Positions 1 through 9,000 of a stretch of DNA of 44,986 nucleotides are shown here, piece after piece. The stretch covers positions 1-44,986 of the IMG/VR virus record IMGVR_UViG_3300044667_000249, one strand, 5' to 3'. This DNA is from a virus. Lineage: Duplodnaviria; Caudoviricetes. The notes beneath the pieces are model-generated. The model searched no databases, was not told where the DNA came from, and saw nothing but the letters and a program-made list of their open reading frames with translations. Position 1 is the stretch's first letter, and every line of letters begins with the position of its first letter. Both the position numbers and the translations under genes were made by a program.

Positions 1-3000
1 ACCTGCCTTCACGAACCGCATAGCCTCATCCAGGTGCGGACCCCGCCGGTCGGCCGGTGCCTGAGCGAACAGTCTCAGGATTTCACGCTGCACCGCTGGG
101 TCCGCCGCATTCCATCTCAGGATCTCCGTTCCGCTCTGGTGCAGCCCGGCTGACACGCGGCTCGCGACTTGAGTGTTGGTCTGGTTGAAGGCGGTGGCGA
201 TGTAGAGCCGCCCGCGATCGGAGCGGGTGAGCGAGATGCCCACCAACTCGTAGTGGTCCTTGGCCCAGCGCATGACATTGAGTGCCTCGGGCTTGCCCTG
301 GTTCATCTTGATGTAGGCGAACGAGGGCTTCTCCAGGACGCGCCTGATGTGCGCCGCGACCTTCTCGGGTGAGTCGAGCAGGGGGATGAAGCGGGGCTCC
401 TGCTCCTTCAATTCGCGCTTGGCTGCGATGTGGGCGAGGTTGGCCGTGTACTCGGCCTCCGGCAAGCGGGTCCAGGCAAGGTGCGGGGTGGGAGCGAAAA
501 CGCCCGTCGCCTCCTTCCTGGACGCTGGCGATCCGCCGGCTGCGGCTGGCACCTCCGGTGCCTTGAGGCCAGGGATGGAGAGGGTCTTGCGGGGGGGCAA
601 GCCGGAGGGCTCGCGGGCGGCAAGCCGTCTCGGCTGCGGCGCCAGAGCGGCACGCAGGGCATCCACCATGAACTGCGCATCCTCCGGGTCCGAGAACCGG
701 TCGCGGTAGGTGCGGATTGCCTCCGCCGTGATGGCCTTGGAGTCGAGCCCGTTGTCCTCGATCACTGCCGCCGCCTTGCGCATCACGGCGAGTGCCGCAT
801 TGGCGCGGGCATCCACGTAGCCGTGCGGCAGCGGCAGGTCCGCAAGGAAGCGCTGGATGATGGCCGCCACCTCGGTCGGGTTCTGCTCCATGTCCTGGAA
901 CGTCCGCGCCAGACGATAGAGCGCGTCGGCGTCCTCGTAGACGGTATCGACATTGACGACGGCCTCTGCGGCGAGCGCCTCCCGCTCGGCATCGAGGGCA
1001 TCGGCTCGCGCGCCCGTCGCCCGCTCCGCTTCCCGGAACAGGCGCTGGAAGCGCTCCGCCCTGGCCCTGCCCTCGGGGCCGCCGCCGAAGGATGCCACCA
1101 AGTCATCAAACTCGCGCGTCCGCACGTCCTCTGCGGCCTGGGCAAGCGCGTTGGCGGATGGGGGGCCAACCTCGCCGCGCGCAATTCTTGCAATCGCGCC
1201 TTCCTCGTAGAGGCTCCGGGGGGGCTGCGGCTCGGTATACCCCTCTATCACATCGTCAAGGATGCCGGCCGCCTTCCGGCCCTCCGGCCCCATCTCATAC
1301 GAAACGCGAGCGCGCTCCAGCTCCATCGCCTCGCGCATATCGGGAGGCATAGAGCGGTCATTGTTCAGCCGGCCGCTCAGAATGTCGTACTGCGTCGACA
1401 GGTCCCCGCCGGCCTTGGCGATCTCGTATTGCCGCCCCATCAGCTTGCGGAATTCAGCCTCCTCCGGGAGCGAGCCATACTTGCCGGTGCGGGCTATCCC
1501 CGACGGCTCCCGCGCAAACAGCCTCTGCCCGAACCGGGAGACGTGGTCCTTGATCCTCTGCGGGAGCGGGAAGGCGTGGAACAGCACGGGACCGCCGCCT
1601 CCGCCAGCCGCCTTCCTCTTGTCGATCTCGGCCTTTGCCTCGGCCTCGGCTGCCGCCTTGGCCTGCGCCTCCACGTCTGCGCGCGAGGTGCCCTCGGCCA
1701 CGATGCCGTCGGCGACCTCGAACTTCCAGCGCTCGCGCGTAACGCCGCGCACCGTCTCCTGCTCGGAGTAGATGGTGCCCGCCATGCGGTCGTAGACCGC
1801 GTCCGTCTCCGCCTTGAGCGCCGCATCCCAGTCCGCCGACTTCAGCATGAAGGTGTCGCGCCCCGTCGCCGACTTGAGCGGCAGGCGCTCCACCTTCGGC
1901 TCGAGCCCGTCGGCCGTGATCGCCGCCTTCACCGCGGCCTTGTCCGTGTCGGAGAGGTCCGCGAAGTCCCTTGCGAAGCGCTCGCGCGCGTAGGCGTCCT
2001 GCAGGAGGGCGGTCAACTCCTCGGCATAGACCTTGGGATAGATGCCATCGTAGCTCCCGCGCATGCCCTCCGGGGTGCCCCAGCCGCGCTCGACGAGCAC
2101 CTGGGCCGGGATGACGGCGATCATGTCGGCGTTCGCGCCCGCCGCATGGTTGATGTGCTGGCGCACGAGCAGGCGGACGGAGGCGTCGGTGGTGTTGACC
2201 ATGGGGTGGCCGGGACGGGCGCCCTTGGCCTGGCGCAGCTCGCCCTCCAGCACGTCGGACTTGCGGGTGGCGCGCTCCAGGCGCGTCACCATCAAGGCGA
2301 CGTTGTCGGCCAGCCCCGCAAGCTCGCCGATCTTCGCACTGTCGCCGGCCCGGTTGGCCCGCCTCCACTCCGCCTCGAACCGCTCGACGCGCTGGAGCGC
2401 CCGGTCGAACTCCGTGCCGGCCCGCGACGGCGCCAGGCCCATCTTGTCAAGCTGGGCATTGACGCCTTCGGCGACCTTGTCGCGCTTGGTGTTCTCCTCG
2501 GCGAGGCGCTGCTCCAGGTCCGCGATCCTTCTGGGGTCGCGCACGCCGGCCGGCAATTCCCCGCGCCGGCGGGCGGCGTCGATGTCCCGGGACACCGCGG
2601 CCTTCTGGTCCTTGCCGAGGGCCTTCCACGCCCTGTTGAAGAGACGCCTCGCCACAGTCTCGCGCGTCTCGTCGCGGACCTTCTGCGCCTCCTGCGCCTG
2701 CACCTCCTCGGCTACGTCCACCACCTTGCCGTCATCGGTGCGGGCGAAGAACCCGCGCACCTGGCCCAGCTCGTTGGGCTCCTCGCCGAAGTGGGTGTCC
2801 TTCCACTCGCCCGCCTCCAACTCGCGCTTGAGCGCCTCGTAGCGGAAGGACAGCCACTGCTGGCGCTGGCCCGGGTGGGCCTTGCGCAGGCGGTCGCGCA
2901 CCGCCTGCTCGGCCTCCGCCATGTCGGCAACGGAGAACTCGCCGCGGGTGTCCCTGAACTGCACCAGGAGGGTGCCGTCCCCTTGCGGAGAGATTTCCGC

Positions 3001-6000
3001 GACCTCGACGCCATCGGGCGTGACAGCGGAGGTGGCGCTCGGGTCGGACGGCGATTCCCTGAACTCCACGGTGAGCGCCGGCGGCCGCCCAGGCCTGCGC
3101 CGCGCCGCATCGAGGGCCGCAAACTCGCGCTGGATGGCCTGCATCTCCGCCACGATCTCCCGCCCGCGCGGGTGCACCTGCCCCGGTGCCAGGCCCGGGA
3201 CCAGCTCCCATGCGGTGGGATCGCCGGGGGAGAGGGATTCCCCGGGGGTGGACCACTGCGCCGGGGCGCGGGCGCCTGCGGGGACCTCGGGCGGAGCCTC
3301 GTACTGCACATCGACCCGGGCGCCGCGGCGGCCGGCGTAGGCCCGCAGATCGGCGCGCGCATCGCTCTCGGCATCGAAGGGACCCGCCAGCACCGTGGTG
3401 GAGCCGTCGTCCTCGATGCGCACCACGTTCCAGGTGCCGGGGCGGCCCGCATAGAGGCTCTGCCCCATCGCCACCCGGTTGTCGTCGAGGTGGCGGAGCA
3501 CCTCGGCCCTGGTCACCTGCCGGGCCGGCGCCGCGGAAGCGGCGCCTTTCTTCGCTTCGGCGAGGGCCGCCTTGCGCTCCTGGGTGAGCCGCTGCAGCTC
3601 GGCCACCACCTCCGCCTTGCGGGCGCCTGCCGCCGTGCGTACCTCAGCCTGCAGCGCCTTGAATCGCGCCTGCGCGTCCTGCGACAAGGCAACGGCCGGC
3701 CTTCCCTGCGCCGCCTCGGCGAGGTATTCCCGCATGGGGCGGCCCAGCAGCATCAGGTCCAGCCCCGCCGCCTCGATCTCCGCCTGCTTGACGCCCGCCT
3801 CGGTGAGGCGCTCCAGCCACCGCTCCGGGGTGTCTGAGGCCTCCGCCGCGCCCTCCACCGCCTCCCTCAGCCGGGAGTACATGTTGAGCCCGTCCAGCAC
3901 GCGGCGCTGCAGCACGCCCTGCTGGCGCGCCGCGTCCCAGCCGGGAACCAGGCGGGCGGTGGTGCGGTAGCGCTCGGAACGGTACGCCGGAGAGGGGGCG
4001 CGCACCACCACCTCCTTCTGCCCCGCCGTGCGCAGGGACGGCTCCGCCCCCAGCGCGCGGGACATGTGGCCCTGGGCGCCGTCGAAATACTGGGTGAGGA
4101 TGTGGCGGATCGGCCCCAGGTCCTCCGGGCGGATGGCGCCCAGGTAGGCCAGCTGGAGCATGTGCATCACAGCTTCTTGATCCAGGATGTCGGGCTCGGC
4201 GCCTGCGTAGTTGTCACGGATGCGCAGGCGTGCGACACTGTCCGGGACCTGTCGCGGCTCGAAGTGGACCGCGCTGTGGAAGAGCGCGTAAGGCATGTCG
4301 AGAACGCCGAGGCTATGAGCATGGCTGACAAGAAGAGCGCGCACCTCCTCCGCAAGCCGGTCCCAGATCTGGTGCCCAAGCTCGTGAAGGCGAACGCCAC
4401 GGACGTAGTCGCCAAAGCTCCGGCTCGCGCGCAGCCACGATTCCCCTCCCAGCCCACGCCTGAGTACGTCGCCAAGCTGGCGGAGCGGATGGCTGCCGAA
4501 GGGCGGCTGCCCAGCGACGCCGAAGTCGCCCGCAGCCGGGAGGCGGGCCGCCGGCTGCTCGGCCACCTGATGCCCCCCAAAGATCAGGAGACCAACGTCT
4601 CCTGATTCCGGCGCATAGATGGCGCCGGAGTTCTTCGCCTGGTTCCACCACACCTCGATATCGAACGGCTGGCCGTCGAGGTCATTGAAGCGGATGCGCA
4701 CGAGCGTGTCGGGCTCGCCGTCGCGCAGGCCCTCGCGCACCTTCACCATGAACTCGGGGATGCCGGCCCGCCCCAGGCCGCCGCTCTCCTCGGTGAAGCC
4801 CCAGGCCTCGTCGAGATCCCGCAGCAGCGCCAATTCGCGCTTGAGCGCCACGTCGAACCCGGGCGCGGCATCCTCGAAGAAGTACGTGCTGCCGACCGCA
4901 AGGCCTTCCAGGCGGCTGTCGATCTCGGCCTTCGCCTCGCTGTTGGTGCGCTCGATCGCGCTGCGGCGCGGGCCCGGCTCGCCGCCCGCTCCCGGTGCAC
5001 CGTCACTAAGTGCACCGTCTCCTAGTGCACGGTCAGCCCCTTCTCGTCCCGGCTGTCCACGATCCCCTGCAGGACCACCTTCTCCAGCTCGTCCCTGCGG
5101 GCCTCCAGCAGCGCCCGCTCCTCGGGGCTCCAGGGCGGCCCCTTCTCCAGGAGCGCCCGTGCCTTCGCCACCTCGCCCGGGCTGAGCGGCGCCGGCACCC
5201 TCGCCGACGTCCTGCCCGCCGACGTCCTGCTCGCTGGCGGCTTGCTCGCGGGCAAGCCTTGCCTCGAGGGCGGCCCGGACCTCTTCCGCGCTCCGGGCTT
5301 GCGCGACGCCGTGCTTGACAAGGTCCGCCTCTACGCTGGCAACAGCCGGGGGCAATTTGCCCTCGGCCTCGGCCGGGAGCAAGCCCCGCGAGAAGCGCAC
5401 GAACTCCCAGGCGGCCACCAGCCTGTCGATATCCTGCGGCGTGAGGGGCTCGGCCGCGGCCCCTCCCGTTGCAGCGGCACCCTCCGTCTCGGCGGCGCGG
5501 GCCGCCTCGGCGCGTTCCTGCTCCCTGGCCTGCGCCTCGGCTTCAGCCTCGGCCCGCCTGACGCGCAGGTTCTCCCGCGCCTGGTCGACCGCGGTGGCCG
5601 CGTCCTCGCCCTCCAGGATCAGCCGCACCGCCTCCTGGCGCACGTCGGGCGGCACGGGCTCCATGCGCCCGCCGGACGCACTCCGCTCCGCCTCGAAGCG
5701 CTCGAACCACTGCTCGGCCACCCGGCGCTGCGACTGCGCCAATTGCGCCTGCAGGTCGGCCTCCAATTCCTCCACCTGGCGCCGCACCTCAGCGCCCCGG
5801 GGCTCGTCGATGCCCCGGCCCGGCACCAGCGGCTCGGGCTCGTACGGCTTGAGGGCGGCGAGACCGTCCGTCTCGAGCGCGGTGCGGATGCGCTCGGCAA
5901 AGCGCCTGCCCGCTGCGGTGCGCTCGCGCTGGCGCAGGCGCGGAGCGAGGCCGGACGTGGCCGCCTCCAATTCCCGCGCCGCCTCGGTGAGCCAGTCCCG

Positions 6001-9000
6001 GACCGGCCCCGGACGGGACGCCAGCGCCTCCAGCACCGCCTGCACCGTCGCCGACTGCAGCTCGCGGTCCGCGCTGGGATCGAGGCGGATGACGTTGCCC
6101 AGGGATTCGATGCGGGGCGCCTCCCGCACCAGCAGCGCGAAGATGCGCCGGTCACCCTTGAGGTGAGCGATGGCCCGGTCGAGGACCTGGGCGCGCCCGG
6201 GGATGAGGGCCCGGCCGGGATCGCCCCCCAGCATGATCTCCTGCACCCACGCCCGGGGGCCCTGCACCAGGTCGGCGATCATGGCCCGCACTTGGCCTTC
6301 ATTGGTTGGCCGGGCCTTGGCCATCACGTCGGCGATGGGGCCGTGCTGGGCCTTGTCCTGCACCAGGCGGCCGAGGATGGCGGCATGGTTGGGATCGATC
6401 TCACCCGCCAGCACCCGGGCCCAGGCATCGTCGGAGAGCTTCGCCAGCGCCATCGCCTGCCGCACGGCATGGCCGGTGCGCGGGATCGACGCGTCCATGA
6501 TCTGAGGATTGGAGCGGATGATGGTCGCCAATTCGATGGGATCGTTGACGCGGCCTTCCTGGATGTTCTTCTTGGCCGCCCGTGCGCGCACGTCGGCAAT
6601 GGTCCACCCGTCCGCCTCCCGGAACACCTCCGCCCAGATGTCGATGCCCTCGGCTGGGGCGCGGCCCTGCTGCTCGAGCCGGTGCGCGAGGCGGAGGCGG
6701 TTGTGGCCCTCGGCCACCACCATCTCGCCCCGCACCTCCTCGGGGCGGGCCGGGACCAGCACCTCGGCGATGGGCTTGCCGAGCTCGATGCGCGCGCCGC
6801 CGTCGAGACGGCTCACCGGCACCATGTTGAGGGCCGGCTCGCTGCGGTAGGTCACCTCGCTGCCCGGCACGATTCTGCGGTCGGCCGCCTGGCGGACCGC
6901 AATCCTGTCGGCGGTGGAGCCGAGCGACAGGCGGCGCCCCTCGCCCATCGCGCCCTTGAGCTTCTCGGCGTCGTCGATGGAGACGTAGAGAATCGGCTGC
7001 TCGGAGCGCGCGCCGCCGGCCAGGGTGGCGTGGCCCTCCTCGTCGATGCGGAACTCACCGTCGGCGGTACGGAAGCCCGGCTGCCTCGATACCGCTTCCC
7101 GCTCGGCACCCGTGGTGACCTCTGTGATCTTGTTGCCGAGGTGGATGCGACGGTACGCATCGCGGCCATAGACCGTCTCCTTGCGCCACAGCTCGACCGG
7201 CGACAGGCCGACGCGGGGCTCGGTCGTAACGGGGATGTTGCGCGCAGAAGGCGCGATGCCCCAGCGCGCATCGGCGTTGACCCGTGTCGCGACCGACAGG
7301 GTCCCGTCGCCGTGATCGACGATGCGGGCTTCGCCGCCCCCGTCCGGCAGCGCCAGACGCTGCGCCTCAGATTCCTCGATGTAGTAGGTGCGCTCTGTGC
7401 GCGGCTGCGGCCCCTGCTGGCCCTCATGGCCTGGATCGGAACGAGCCGCCTTGTCCCGTGTCGTCGTGCCGTCGGCGTGCACCTCGTAGGTGGAGCCGCG
7501 CGCGGTCCTGAAGCGGATGCCTCCGGTAGCCGATCCCACCGGCCGCCGCTCGAACACGTAGAACCCGTGGTCTGCCGCGAACGCGTCCCAGGCCGCCGCA
7601 CCGGCGAGGGTGTCGTCCCGGCTGCGGTTGGGCGGGAACGCGGCATCGTCGAAGCCGATGTCGCGCGTGTCGAGAAGGCGCGCGCGCACCCGCTTGCCGT
7701 CGACGATGTAGTCGGCCCGGGCCGAGGGCTGGTCGCCAAGGTCGCCGTGCCCCACCCTCACCGGCATCACCGGGTCCGGGGCGGCCGGTGGCGGATCATT
7801 GGCGGGATCCACGGCGTTGCGCAGGGCCTGCACCTGCGCCTCCAGCCGGTCGGCCTCATCCATGAAGGGGGAATCGGTGGCCTCCAGGGCCTCCTGCCGC
7901 TCCGCCGTCTGGCGGGCGCCGCGCATGTCGGGCCGGTCGGCCAATTCCCGATCGGCGTCGAGCAGCTCCTTCTGCGCGGCAACGTCGCCCTGCTGTGCCC
8001 GGCGGATCAGGTCGCCCTCGGGGCCCTGCATGCGGCGGGCCGCGTCATCGAGGCGTGCCTCGGCCTCGTCGTAGGACTGCGGCGGCGGGCGCTGGGGGCG
8101 CTCCGGCGGAGCGGCCGGGAGGTCCGTCTGCTGCTCTTGCCCGGCCGGCGGGCGCGTGGCGGGCCGCTCACGGGGCGCCCGGGCGGCATAGTCCTTGACG
8201 AACGCCGCCCGTGCGGCCTTGCTCAAGCCGTCGTAGTACTCGAGCGCCTCGCCGGCCTCGCGCCCCGTCTCCACGATGTAGCGCGCGAGCGCCGTGACAT
8301 GGGTGGCGGGGAGGTTGAGCGCCTGCCCCTCCTCCGCAACGTAGTCCTCCAATTCGGCGCGTGCCGCCGCCATGAGGTCGGCGTCCTCGGCTGCATCCGC
8401 TCCCGCGCCCTCGGGAAGGCGGGCGCCTGTGCCGCCGGACTCGGCCGCCTGTGCGGCGCCTTCGGTACGGCGTCCCGCCGTGCCGGCCGCCTCCTCGCCG
8501 GTGGGGAGCCGTGCGCCGGCCGCTTCCTCGCCTGTCCTGGCCTCCGCACCCGCCCGGCCAGCCTCGCCTGCAGCACCGACCCGTGCCCCCGTCGGCTGGT
8601 CCGGTGCGCGATACCGGTAGGCGGTGACCTGCCCCTTCTCATCGATGTCCGGCGCGAACGTGCGGCCGCGGGCATCGGCCCAGGCCTCCGCACCGCGGGC
8701 CGCCGGCCGCTCCCAGCCCTCCACCAGCCCGCGCTCATTGAGCAGGGGCACCTGCCCCAAGGCAGGACGTAGCAGGCGCGTGCCGCCGCGGATGCCCACG
8801 TCAGCCGCGAAGCCGAACCCGAACGCGGCAGCCAGGTTGAACGCCGCCGGTGACAGGCCGTACTCCAGGCCCGCCTCCCGCCGCCAGGCCTGCACGGCCG
8901 GCTGGATGGCCAGTTCCGAGGCGGCGTTGACCGCGCCGGTCTTGACGCCCATCCACAAGAGCTGCCGGGCGCCGAGGCCCACACGGCCCCAGGGTCCGGC

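Noticed and set aside
1225-1260. Internal promoter-like TTGACG...TATACC on the minus strand
   Set aside because: The spacer is only 14 nt and no credible nested ORF follows.
430-8772. Very long plus-strand ORFs 430..3837 and 5242..8772
   Set aside because: They are codon-aligned antisense shadows of the giant minus-strand gene, with L/V/G/R/H-rich composition and no motifs.
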